From: Planctomycetales bacterium
Lineage (GTDB): Bacteria > Planctomycetota > Planctomycetia > Pirellulales > Pirellulaceae
Direction: 5' to 3'
Assembly: GCA_020426925.1 (NCBI GenBank)
Contig: JAGQPC010000229.1
Coordinates: 1-49,771 of the forward strand
DNA length: 49,771 nt
The notes beneath the pieces are model-generated. The model worked only from the letters and a program-made list of their open reading frames with translations, had not been told where the DNA came from and ran no database searches. Within the stretch, counting starts at the first letter, position 1. Each line of letters opens with the position of its first letter. The translations under genes were made by a program, and so were the position numbers. Positions 27,509 through 36,859 of this stretch are shown here, one piece after another.

Positions 27509-29461
27509 CTATCTCCGCCGACGGGTCGCGCGATTCTTCACTGACTTTTCAGCTTGGACTGTGGCTTCTGCCCGATCGATTGCCCCGTCACGATTCGCGT
27601 CGAAATTGCGAAAAGCAAATTGACCAAAAGTTTTGGGGAGCTCTGATTCTACCAATCGACCGTTGTTGTCTTTGTCGAATCGTTTAAAAAAGCGGTCGAC
27701 CGTTTTCTTGACCAACCGCGATTCAGGAGTCTCAGCGGTCTCTGGCGGCTGAATTGTTTTCGGATCAACGGGCACCGAAATGCTGCAGTAAGTCAGCATC
27801 ATTTCGTCTTCCGACTGCTCGCCCCAGCGAACCGTTCGCGAAGGATCTGGGTTCGTCGGGTTACTCGCCGAATTGTCATAACGGGCTTCACACAGAATTC
27901 GCGTTTGAGCATCGAGCGCAATAGGTCGCTCCAATTGATAGGTGTGCTGCCAATTGTAGTCGTAATCGGGAACGTCCAGCAGAATCGAAGATTCCTTGTC
28001 GCGGCGAATTGTGCAGCGAAACGATTTCCCACGAAGATGCATGTGAGGCGATAGCGACAACAGCATCGCCTCCTTGGGGAACTTGCTTAGTGACGCTCCG
28101 ACTCGATGATTTGCCGCGTGTGCTGGAATGGCAAACGATCGGTTCTGTGCCAGCATTGTGAACACGCGCTCGGTTACAGCGTCTGGGTCCGCAAAGACAA
28201 TACCAATTCGCGTTACATCTGTTTGTGTTCGTCCTGTCGGTGTGTAGTGCAGTTGAAAAACCAATTTTGAACCGGCAGGAACGAAGTAAGCTTGGTGAGA
28301 CTTCAACCGCGTGACATCTTGCCCTGGGACATAGGCGGCGAGCCAGCTCATCGCTTTTTCGCCCCACTCGTCAGGCGTCACGACCGACACGATTGAATGA
28401 TGGACAACACCGCGGTTTCCGGGGACAACTTCCGCGGCCGCAATCCATTGATCTTCTTTAAATCCTGGATCAACGGTGAAGTACTGATACTCGATAATTC
28501 CTTCGGCGGGCACACGAAAAGGAACCTTCGACATTTCGAATACTGCGTCGGGCTCCTTTTCTAATCGCCAACCGTCCACGAACTTGCGAGGTGCAGGCAA
28601 ATCGGATTCATCACCATACGGAGCGTCAGCCTTCACCCAATCGTAAATCAGCTGTTTCTCTGATGGTGATAAACGACGAGCATTCAAGAACTTTCCATGT
28701 TGTGGATCGGCGCTCCACGGAGGCATGCGTCGATCCTTGACAACTTCGGCAATCATATCCGCCCATCCGACTAATTCGCTGTAGTCGTCCATTTGGAACG
28801 GACCGATGTCTCCGTCACGATGGCACTCGGCACAGTGTTTCTGAAACAACCGAGAAATCTGATTGCAGTATGTCACCTTATATTCGCTGCTTGGTTTCTT
28901 CACTCGGCCGATGATACATCCCACAGATTCTGTCGACGAATTTGAGACCGAATCACCGCTGAGCAGTTCTTCTACTGCAACTCGCAAATCGTGTTTCGTG
29001 GGAGCCGCGCGAACGTAGCCGACGCCGTACTGGTCATCGATTCGACCGTGGTAGCGCACAACTCGGTTTCCGTCCAGAACGAAGACTTCCGGCGTTCGCG
29101 TAGCCATGAGCTGATCGACGATTGCATTGTCATTATCTCGTAGAATCGAAAACTTGATTCCGAGTTCTTTTGCGTACTCTTGAATATCGGCCATTGAATC
29201 TTGCGAATTGGCGTTAACTCCGATGACGGCAACTTCTTTCGAAGAGTACTCGTCGGCCAATTGCTGAAGTCTGGGACCATAGAGTTTCGCCAAGGGGCAT
29301 TCCGTTCCCAGCACGGCAACCACGACGACTTTGGAATCAGCAAAGCTGGATAGCGCGCAGCTTCGACCATGCTGATCGTGAGCCTCAAATTCCGAGACCG
29401 GACTGCCGATGGGAGATACCGCTAGCGTGACCGCCGACAGCGCGTGCAATAAAAATGTCAT
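27509..29461 (-). CDS. Multidomain redox protein: redoxin/AhpC-TSA-like + c-type heme motif + copper type II monooxygenase (PHM/DBH)-like + two EF-hands
   Basis: Thioredoxin-fold region VVVVAVLGTECPLAKLY has a single Cys and no CxxC. Heme motif CAECHRDGD. Cu-ligand-like series VVHHSIV, FQLHYTP, PHMHLRG, DEMMLTY. EF loops DKDNNGRLVESE and DANRDGAIDRAE. The ATG at 29461 (MTFLLHALSAVTLAVSP) is preferred to 29500. Confidence 0.8.
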   Translation of the reverse strand: MTFLLHALSAVTLAVSPIGSPVSEFEAHDQHGRSCALSSFADSKVVVVAVLGTECPLAKLYGPRLQQLADEYSSKEVAVIGVNANSQDSMADIQEYAKELGIKFSILRDNDNAIVDQLMATRTPEVFVLDGNRVVRYHGRIDDQYGVGYVRAAPTKHDLRVAVEELLSGDSVSNSSTESVGCIIGRVKKPSSEYKVTYCNQISRLFQKHCAECHRDGDIGPFQMDDYSELVGWADMIAEVVKDRRMPPWSADPQHGKFLNARRLSPSEKQLIYDWVKADAPYGDESDLPAPRKFVDGWRLEKEPDAVFEMSKVPFRVPAEGIIEYQYFTVDPGFKEDQWIAAAEVVPGNRGVVHHSIVSVVTPDEWGEKAMSWLAAYVPGQDVTRLKSHQAYFVPAGSKLVFQLHYTPTGRTQTDVTRIGIVFADPDAVTERVFTMLAQNRSFAIPAHAANHRVGASLSKFPKEAMLLSLSPHMHLRGKSFRCTIRRDKESSILLDVPDYDYNWQHTYQLERPIALDAQTRILCEARYDNSASNPTNPDPSRTVRWGEQSEDEMMLTYCSISVPVDPKTIQPPETAETPESRLVKKTVDRFFKRFDKDNNGRLVESELPKTFGQFAFRNFDANRDGAIDRAEATVQAEKSVKNRATRRRR

Positions 29462-29633
29462 CTGTTCCTTCGTTCTGTTCCGCCTCAGGCCGTGCCTCAA
29501 ATCGACCTGATCGCCAAGGAGGGCACGTTCGTATTGTGCCCAAAGTGATCGACCATGTCACCTCGAAATTGGAACTTTTACTCACAATCGATGAGAATGC
29601 CGATTGTGCCGCCGATTTAGATCGCGATTTGAA

Positions 29634-30083
29634 TCACTTTGTCGTGAATTGAATGTTCTCGAAACCGACTTGCATCGCCGAATCGTAAACGTCAATTACA
29701 GGTCCCAATTTGACCGAATCGTCAGGGTCGACGATCACCGGGATATCCGTTCGCACCATCGCGACCGCGGCTAAGCGTTGACGAACCTGATCCAGGTTAC
29801 CCAGCGGTTCATCATTCACTCGCCATTGGAGTGCGTCGTCGCCGTCGTTTGCGGACAAAAGTCGAATGATGACTTGTTCTACATCGATGTGCTCCAAAGA
29901 CACTTCCGTGTTGTCGCCACTTTCGCTTGACACACTTAGTCGACTGGGCAACAGCAACTCTACTGACTGGAAGCTCGCAGTCCAAACGAAAAATACCAAC
30001 AGCAAAAACACAACATCGATCATGGGCGTCATAGCGACGTCGCGCACACCTTCTTGTCGATTATGAACAGACGGTATCTTCAT
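29634..30083 (-). CDS. exbD: ExbD/TolR-family biopolymer transport protein
   Basis: Signature MTPMIDVVFLLLVFFV with the conserved TM Asp. Size (149 aa) and periplasmic domain are typical of ExbD. Confidence 0.85.
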   Translation of the reverse strand: MKIPSVHNRQEGVRDVAMTPMIDVVFLLLVFFVWTASFQSVELLLPSRLSVSSESGDNTEVSLEHIDVEQVIIRLLSANDGDDALQWRVNDEPLGNLDQVRQRLAAVAMVRTDIPVIVDPDDSVKLGPVIDVYDSAMQVGFENIQFTTK

Positions 30084-30127
30084 GCCGCGAATTTATCGCC
30101 GGGGACAAAGTTCGTCGACCGGAGTTC

Positions 30128-33100
30128 CTACCAGCGTGTTAACCAAGCAATTACAAGCGTACCGAGAACAATTACCCAACCGAAGAGACTGGGTTGCAAG
30201 AAAAGCCACCAAGCAATACCGCACACGATCGCACCGGTGTAGATCCAAAGATCTGCCTCCGTAACAGAAATAGGCTTGAATCGACTTTGGATCGCAAACA
30301 CACCGACAAATACGGCAATCATTGCGGATGCCAGGCGAAGCAATACGGGCGTTTGGTCGACTTGTACAAACTTCACGCGTACTTCACGGATCGGCTCGGT
30401 TCGCACAGATCGAAACGCCGTGTTGAAGTTTGAATAGGGATCCGAAAGCGAGTAGGTTGTTTCCACGTACTCTGGATTCGAATCCAATTTCCGGTCGTTC
30501 AGATAGAATTCGACATTGTCAACGTCAGCCGTGATACGAAATTGCCACGTTGTCTGCTCCGGATGCAGCATTTGATCGGATTCACTTACCGACGTTGATA
30601 ACTGCACGAACTTGGGGAACTCGACGATTTGAAATGCTGCTCGCGAGACATCAAACTGGGCCGTTGTCCAAACGACACGCAGTCGCTGTTCCACTGACGA
30701 TCGGGCAAACGGCAAAGTAACATAGCCGTCACTTTCTGATACGGGAACAACGGCTCCGTTTATCGAGATTTGCTTGACCACACAACCGTCTGGTTTGGTA
30801 AAAGCAATGCCCCCGTCTCCTTGAACGACAATTGAAACATCTGATATGACTTGAGGCTGCGGTCGGTCGCAGACGGTGTGGCGAACGTCAATTACTCGCG
30901 ACGAACCGTCATCGACATCTGTGTTTGATTTCACTAGCGATGCGTCGGGTGACGAAACGAGATACACGTCATAGTCGCTCACGTCGAAACCAAAGCTGGT
31001 CGTGGTACTGTCGAGCGACTCCATGCCAATCGGCAACCATTCGTCCTCGGTCTCTGAAGAGTTCATTGCCACGAAAAATCGGCTGACATCACCATTAGTG
31101 ACGCCGATTTGAGCGGTCAAGCGTTCATCAGTTGCAGCTATCTCTCCGCTAAGGTCAATTGTGTCGCCTTTGCGGAACGGAACTGCCGGCCGCAACACAA
31201 CGATTTGCTGATTTGGAAATGGAGACGGCATCAACGCCACGGTAATAGCGTTAACCGTGATCGGGCGTTCCCAACTAGCCGGCAAAAGGAGTCGGATCGA
31301 GTCACACGAGTCGCTCGCACCGCTGCTGCGAACGTTATTGATGCGGCATTTCAAGTTGTAACTATACGCATCGCCCGCTGGCGCAAAAAGTAACAATGTC
31401 TCCAAATCGACGCTGCTGTCTGTCCTTTCAACATTCAGTGTCATCATGGCATTGTCCGCAGTTTTGCTCCACACTGATTGTCGGAACGCTGAGGTAGTAT
31501 CACGAGAAATACCTGCGACGTCCTGTGTTGCGGCTGTCGCTGTTTCGTACCCCGAGGCAGCGACATTCACAACCTGGATTCCCGGCTTTCGATAGATCGA
31601 TAGTTGTTCACCTACCTTGAGCATGTTCGGAATCGCAACCGATCCGCCCGAATGCCGCAGTTGCCCGCGTATGCGAAGCCTAGCCTGTCCAGTTCGCCTT
31701 TCCGGCAGAAAAACCGCGACCGAGTTACTGTCAGCTCGCGACCAGTTGAGCGAATCATTACCGGTTTCTGCCAACATTGAAACTTCTTTCACAATAACGT
31801 CGTCGGGAACCGGCAAGCGAACCTGATAAAGAGACTCTGCACTCAAATCCAGAGTCGCGGTGATGATCAGATCCGATTGAAGCTCTCCAACGAGCAGCGA
31901 TGCTTGGAGAGATGCCTCAGTTTGAAACGCCCTAGATTCGAATGCGAAGACACAGCTGTAGTTCGCGGCATCGTTAATTGTATAGGTGTACGTTGGAGGG
32001 GGCGTGGCGGTTTCCCAGACTTCCGAAAACAAGGAAGATGGAATCGACGAGATGCCTACGGTTCGCCAAGGAGTCATGGCGCGAGTGTTATTGCTCGATG
32101 CAGCAATGATGCTCGACACGACTTCCGCGCCCGTCACATGGACTCTAGGGATGCGGATTTTTCCGACGCTGGTAACTCCTGCAATGTCAAAATGAACATG
32201 AATCAACGCTTCCGTTTCAGATAAGATGTGAGGAGCAAAAGAGAGACGCGTGCGATTTCCATCGAGTTGATCCACACCGAGCGGTTGGTCACCGCTCTCG
32301 TTAGGGACTAGTCGAGAATCGACGACGACATCAAGCGGTCCGAATTTTCCCGCCATCGACTGCAGCAGGAGCCTCAACTCGTACCGAACGCTGTCTTTGT
32401 CAACTTTAAGCCAACCAATCTGTGTCGCTGTTACTTTGCCGTCCAGGCCTTTGCTGTCGTCGGCAGTCCACGTTAGATCTAACGTTTCAATTGGACCCAG
32501 AAACGCTGTGACTTCACGCTGCTGAGTATCGCGCTCAACTCTGCCAATGGAACGAACGCGAATTGCATTTGTATCAAGGAACGACGACAGCTGAACCGTT
32601 GAATCGGAGACCTTTACGATAGGAATCGATATTGAGTTGTCGGCTCCATTGGAAGAAACAGGCACCACATACGTCAGCTCCAATTCGTAGTGATTCCTGT
32701 CTTCAAACGACAGATTCAACGTCTGTGTGTCGACATCTTGTTGTAAGACAATTGGTTTCCGATCGAGCCTCGCCTCCAATTGCAAAAAACGCATAGCTTC
32801 CGGCGGAATGGGCAATCGGACCAGCACATCGTCATTTAGCGTTTCAATTTCATAGATGCCTGTGATTTGAACAGTGTCTTCTGCGGATACTTGGGCTAGC
32901 GTCGCTCGGTAATTCACTGATCGCAATAACCATTTTGCGGCGAGTCCTTTCGCTCGGGCGTCGTATTCGAGCAGGCTATCGTGGAAGGTTCGCGACAAGT
33001 AGACGTTGTCATTTTCTTTGTCTGGATCACCGTTTTCGTCGATGGGCACGTAAACGCTTTCCAGGCGGTTTGGTGCTGAGGTATATGGTTGATCTTGTGC

Positions 33101-36100
33101 GTCTGCATAGTTCGGCCAGCTAGAAACGCAGACAAGTCCAAACAGACCGGCAATGATCGGTCCGGCCGCCTTTACTGCAGCTGATTCATAAACCGTTCGC
33201 TCGGAACGCATGCGAAGCCAAAGCGCACGTCGAGACCAATGAAGCATTGCGCCCGCAACTGTCCCCCAAAAAACCATAGTTCCTGCTGCCGCTAGATTGC
33301 TAGGCAAAAGTAGGCAGGCAGCCCCAATAATCACAATCGCAGCGAAGGTCCAGTGCGCACCCAAACGGGAAACGATCCACGCGCAGCCTGTCGCAAGCAG
33401 GAAGCAGACAACGGAGACTCTAGTAACGAAATTGCGGTCGACGTAAGTGAGTGTTGTTTTTTCGTGTCCGCCTGGCACAATCGTTAGCTGCCACCCGCCT
33501 ACGACTAGCGACAAACTGTCAGGGGGACCGACTTGCCATCGAGGCAAATCATCTTGCAAGCGCCAACTCGAAACCGTATCTAGGCTGTCCAACTGCTGGC
33601 TAATGCGAGCGTCGATTGATTCGGCAGAAAATAGGCTATCGCGGACAAGCACTACGTTGGGTACTTCCGTCCATTCAAACGGCACGTCAAGCATGCCGAG
33701 TGCTTCTGCAGTGGTAACGTACAGGTGCGTTCGCGTGGCGATTATGCCTAAGTCAAGTTGTGAAAAAAAGTGTTCGGCGTTGTCCGTTTCATTGGCCGCG
33801 TTGGTGTTTACCTTGGCGTCGGGGGAGATGCCGCGATGTAGGAGACGCTTGGAATCAAGCATTGGGACGATCAACGTTGCTGAGCGGGTGATGCGGTTTG
33901 CGTTGTCGAATGCTTGGATAGTCTGATCCCACGTCATCGTATCATCATCGGCTGCTTTCATGATTTCCGTGACCAGCAGGCGTGCGGACTGCAGAGCATC
34001 GGATCTGGTGTTCCCTTGAAACAGCTGAATCCAGCTTTGGTCAGAAAAAAAATCAAACGGTTTGGAACCTGGAACTCGCGCAAACACACCAAAAAAACGG
34101 TGCATTACGTCGTGAGTCGTAAGGCGAGTGTTCCAATGCTGTGGCAGAGTCGGCAGCGCCGCAGGCGGCGTCCATACCTTCCACTGATGTTGAAGGACAG
34201 GCGATTCCAGGCCAATGCGCGGGCATCTGACGTTTTGTCCAAATCGCTTAGATACAACCGACTCAGTTTGCGGCTCGGTCATTTCAATCCGCACAACTGG
34301 ATAGCGATTGGCAGATGGCAAAGGAATCTGAAACGTGCCAGGCTCGTTGCTCGCCGATGTCACTCGTTGCTCGTCAACATGAATTTCGTTGACGATATAC
34401 TCATTGGGAACGACAACTGGCAAAACGTTTTCTCCATGGTTTTCGACGAACATGGAGATGACATGACGATGTTGGCCCGTTGGATCAACGATTGTCGTAG
34501 GCTGCAACAGCCATACTGTGGAATGCTGAATCGCGGCATGGCTGACCGCGCGGACTCGCAGGAGCGGTCGGTTCGCCATCGACGCTGGTTGAGAAACGCG
34601 GTATCGCAATCGAGGGCTAACCACCATGTCGTCGCTTGCTGCGATATCGGGCTTTTGGTCGACTCCAGCAAATTGCTGGACGTCAATCTGTGTGTCCAAG
34701 GACGACGTCACTGTCACTTGCCCAGATTGCGTCTGTGCGCCCGGGACGAAAATTCCGTAGATCGTAAACTCATCGTCAAACGGGACAATCCTTCTCCCGA
34801 TCAGAGTAAACGGTTGATCCATGGATCTGGGCATTCGAATCACTCGCGAGTTGTTACTGACCGTTTCGACAATTGGCAGCTCGTCCGAATCAAGTGTCCA
34901 GCGGTAAGGAACGTCGCGACCCTGCAAATGCACTTCCAACGAACGCACCGCGCCGGACATTGGAGTTACACGGACTCGCACGCTTTCATCGGAACTTACA
35001 TTTGATACGTGATACAGAAGTTGCACTTCTGCGCCAAAAGTTGCGTCGCTGTTTGTTAATGTGAACGTAACACCGGACGCATCATCGTCGAGTGCGATCA
35101 GCGCATCTGTTTCGAGCAATTCCATAGAACGCCGCAACAAAGCAGGAAGCGAATCATACGTCATCCATCGACCATTTTCGCCGTCAGTCCAAGTAATCCG
35201 ATTTACATCTGAATTCCGCACTGCCACGAGGCGGCTACCAACATCGTGAGCATCGAAACGTAACGCCTCAAGAGCTTCGACTGGGTACGTTTCGTTGCTG
35301 GCCAAGCGTCGAGTCGCGGTAATGACCATCTGCGTAATTCGAGATTTGTCGATTGGTCGGCGAAGCGACACTTGCAGATGCGTCGGATCCGCCGACTTTT
35401 TTTGCTCCCATCGTTCGACGAAGTTAAGCGTTTGACCGTCAACCGATCGCAATTTCACACTCTCTACGTTCCAGCCCGGCCGCACCGTCGACGAGATCTC
35501 AAACAAATCGCCTTGCAAGACGTTGATGTTTGCGATCGATTGTGCCTTTGCAATGGAATCGGAAATCTCGATCAACGTTGCTACGTCGAATCGTGCTCGA
35601 CTGTTAACGTGGCCAAGCGATACCAGAACAGATCCTTGCTCTTCGGCATACTCGAATTTGAAGGACTGGTCCGAGGCATCGGAATCGTCCACTTGCTGAC
35701 ATCGGTTTAATTCCAGTGCGTGGATGACGATTGTGCCAGACAGATTTAGGTACGCAGCTTCCTGCATCCACTCGCATTGTGGACTTGAAACTCGTGGCAA
35801 GGACTGCGGCTTTTCGATGTCGATGTCAGCGAGCCCATCAATTTGGATGGTTTTTCTTGTGTGGGACGAAGCAGCGTCTCGATTTAGTGCAGGAACGTCG
35901 ATAGGCAAATCAACGGTAATCGTCTGGCTGCCATCATGGTGAACCTCCAGGATTTCCCAATCCGCCACTTTGTCGTTTACATGCACATTCAGCGGTTGCA
36001 GTCCTGAGGACAATTGGAATTCAACCGCCCTTGTGGAATCCGGGACGTCCTCGATGTGGATTGTCGACCGTATTTCCAGTCCTACGTCTGAAGCACCGTA

Positions 36101-36859
36101 TACGACTTCCTGCGAGTAGTACGGTTTGGGTCTGTTCCCGGCTTCTTCGCGAACGACATCAATCGTCAACTCACCGGCACCAGAAACGCGAACATTCCAG
36201 ACTCGCACGTTGTTCGATAATTCGCTTGAGATCGTGCCGCGATTCGTCCGCAGTAATACGTTTGTCGGAGCGAAAATTGTGAATTCGTGAAGCAGTGATT
36301 CACACAATTGAATCGACAGTTTCCTGTGAGTGTCTCTGTCGGCTTGCAGCGACCACTGAAACTCAAACGTGTCCGACTGTGGAACTAACAGAACGATTTC
36401 GCCTGTGTTGCATAGTCCAAGTTGCGGACTTTGACCGTTGACACGCCATTGCGGATTAACGATTGGAATGTTGAATTCGCCAAAATTGACTTCGGTGGGA
36501 ACTTCAGCGGTAGAAGTAATTCTGAAAACTCCGCTACCATTTACAAACCCATCGTCGTCAAGCGTCGCAGTATAAGTGGCCTTGTCGATTGAAACACTGC
36601 GAATAACGGTTGTTGGCAGACCATTCTTCAAACCATCTACGATGTTTTCAAACTGCTTCCTGTCCATTGGCAAAAGAAACAGATTGCCTGCTGCCGAAAT
36701 GATCTTTTCGAGCGGAGCATACACTCGCACGAAAGAATGCTCGCCGGCGTCCGATGGTTGCGACTGTTCCTGGCCGTTCAAATGCGAGAACAGCAGCATC
36801 GCGACCAGAAGACTGATCGACAGTTTACGAAAGTCGCGAGATGGCCAGTGCGTAATCAT
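30128..36859 (-). CDS. Giant envelope protein (2243 aa) made of two tandem paralogous modules separated by a four-helix membrane segment; family unknown
   Basis: Uninterrupted ORF of about 6.7 kb. The ATG at 36859 overlaps the upstream stop (ATGA at 36856-36859) and gives the signal peptide MITHWPSRDFRKLSISLLVAMLLFSHLNG. Hydrophobic clusters lie mid-protein (about 33180-33425) and at the C-terminus (about 30128-30330). Confidence 0.85.
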   Translation of the reverse strand: MITHWPSRDFRKLSISLLVAMLLFSHLNGQEQSQPSDAGEHSFVRVYAPLEKIISAAGNLFLLPMDRKQFENIVDGLKNGLPTTVIRSVSIDKATYTATLDDDGFVNGSGVFRITSTAEVPTEVNFGEFNIPIVNPQWRVNGQSPQLGLCNTGEIVLLVPQSDTFEFQWSLQADRDTHRKLSIQLCESLLHEFTIFAPTNVLLRTNRGTISSELSNNVRVWNVRVSGAGELTIDVVREEAGNRPKPYYSQEVVYGASDVGLEIRSTIHIEDVPDSTRAVEFQLSSGLQPLNVHVNDKVADWEILEVHHDGSQTITVDLPIDVPALNRDAASSHTRKTIQIDGLADIDIEKPQSLPRVSSPQCEWMQEAAYLNLSGTIVIHALELNRCQQVDDSDASDQSFKFEYAEEQGSVLVSLGHVNSRARFDVATLIEISDSIAKAQSIANINVLQGDLFEISSTVRPGWNVESVKLRSVDGQTLNFVERWEQKKSADPTHLQVSLRRPIDKSRITQMVITATRRLASNETYPVEALEALRFDAHDVGSRLVAVRNSDVNRITWTDGENGRWMTYDSLPALLRRSMELLETDALIALDDDASGVTFTLTNSDATFGAEVQLLYHVSNVSSDESVRVRVTPMSGAVRSLEVHLQGRDVPYRWTLDSDELPIVETVSNNSRVIRMPRSMDQPFTLIGRRIVPFDDEFTIYGIFVPGAQTQSGQVTVTSSLDTQIDVQQFAGVDQKPDIAASDDMVVSPRLRYRVSQPASMANRPLLRVRAVSHAAIQHSTVWLLQPTTIVDPTGQHRHVISMFVENHGENVLPVVVPNEYIVNEIHVDEQRVTSASNEPGTFQIPLPSANRYPVVRIEMTEPQTESVVSKRFGQNVRCPRIGLESPVLQHQWKVWTPPAALPTLPQHWNTRLTTHDVMHRFFGVFARVPGSKPFDFFSDQSWIQLFQGNTRSDALQSARLLVTEIMKAADDDTMTWDQTIQAFDNANRITRSATLIVPMLDSKRLLHRGISPDAKVNTNAANETDNAEHFFSQLDLGIIATRTHLYVTTAEALGMLDVPFEWTEVPNVVLVRDSLFSAESIDARISQQLDSLDTVSSWRLQDDLPRWQVGPPDSLSLVVGGWQLTIVPGGHEKTTLTYVDRNFVTRVSVVCFLLATGCAWIVSRLGAHWTFAAIVIIGAACLLLPSNLAAAGTMVFWGTVAGAMLHWSRRALWLRMRSERTVYESAAVKAAGPIIAGLFGLVCVSSWPNYADAQDQPYTSAPNRLESVYVPIDENGDPDKENDNVYLSRTFHDSLLEYDARAKGLAAKWLLRSVNYRATLAQVSAEDTVQITGIYEIETLNDDVLVRLPIPPEAMRFLQLEARLDRKPIVLQQDVDTQTLNLSFEDRNHYELELTYVVPVSSNGADNSISIPIVKVSDSTVQLSSFLDTNAIRVRSIGRVERDTQQREVTAFLGPIETLDLTWTADDSKGLDGKVTATQIGWLKVDKDSVRYELRLLLQSMAGKFGPLDVVVDSRLVPNESGDQPLGVDQLDGNRTRLSFAPHILSETEALIHVHFDIAGVTSVGKIRIPRVHVTGAEVVSSIIAASSNNTRAMTPWRTVGISSIPSSLFSEVWETATPPPTYTYTINDAANYSCVFAFESRAFQTEASLQASLLVGELQSDLIITATLDLSAESLYQVRLPVPDDVIVKEVSMLAETGNDSLNWSRADSNSVAVFLPERRTGQARLRIRGQLRHSGGSVAIPNMLKVGEQLSIYRKPGIQVVNVAASGYETATAATQDVAGISRDTTSAFRQSVWSKTADNAMMTLNVERTDSSVDLETLLLFAPAGDAYSYNLKCRINNVRSSGASDSCDSIRLLLPASWERPITVNAITVALMPSPFPNQQIVVLRPAVPFRKGDTIDLSGEIAATDERLTAQIGVTNGDVSRFFVAMNSSETEDEWLPIGMESLDSTTTSFGFDVSDYDVYLVSSPDASLVKSNTDVDDGSSRVIDVRHTVCDRPQPQVISDVSIVVQGDGGIAFTKPDGCVVKQISINGAVVPVSESDGYVTLPFARSSVEQRLRVVWTTAQFDVSRAAFQIVEFPKFVQLSTSVSESDQMLHPEQTTWQFRITADVDNVEFYLNDRKLDSNPEYVETTYSLSDPYSNFNTAFRSVRTEPIREVRVKFVQVDQTPVLLRLASAMIAVFVGVFAIQSRFKPISVTEADLWIYTGAIVCGIAWWLFLQPSLFGWVIVLGTLVIAWLTRW

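Noticed and set aside
33914-35005. 363-aa plus-strand ORF (also 31109..31393, 31877..32224, 33447..33926, 36576..37007 and others)
   Set aside because: These are antisense shadow ORFs inside the 6.7-kb minus-strand gene. They are Arg/Ser-rich with no motifs, and the minus frame is the uninterrupted one.
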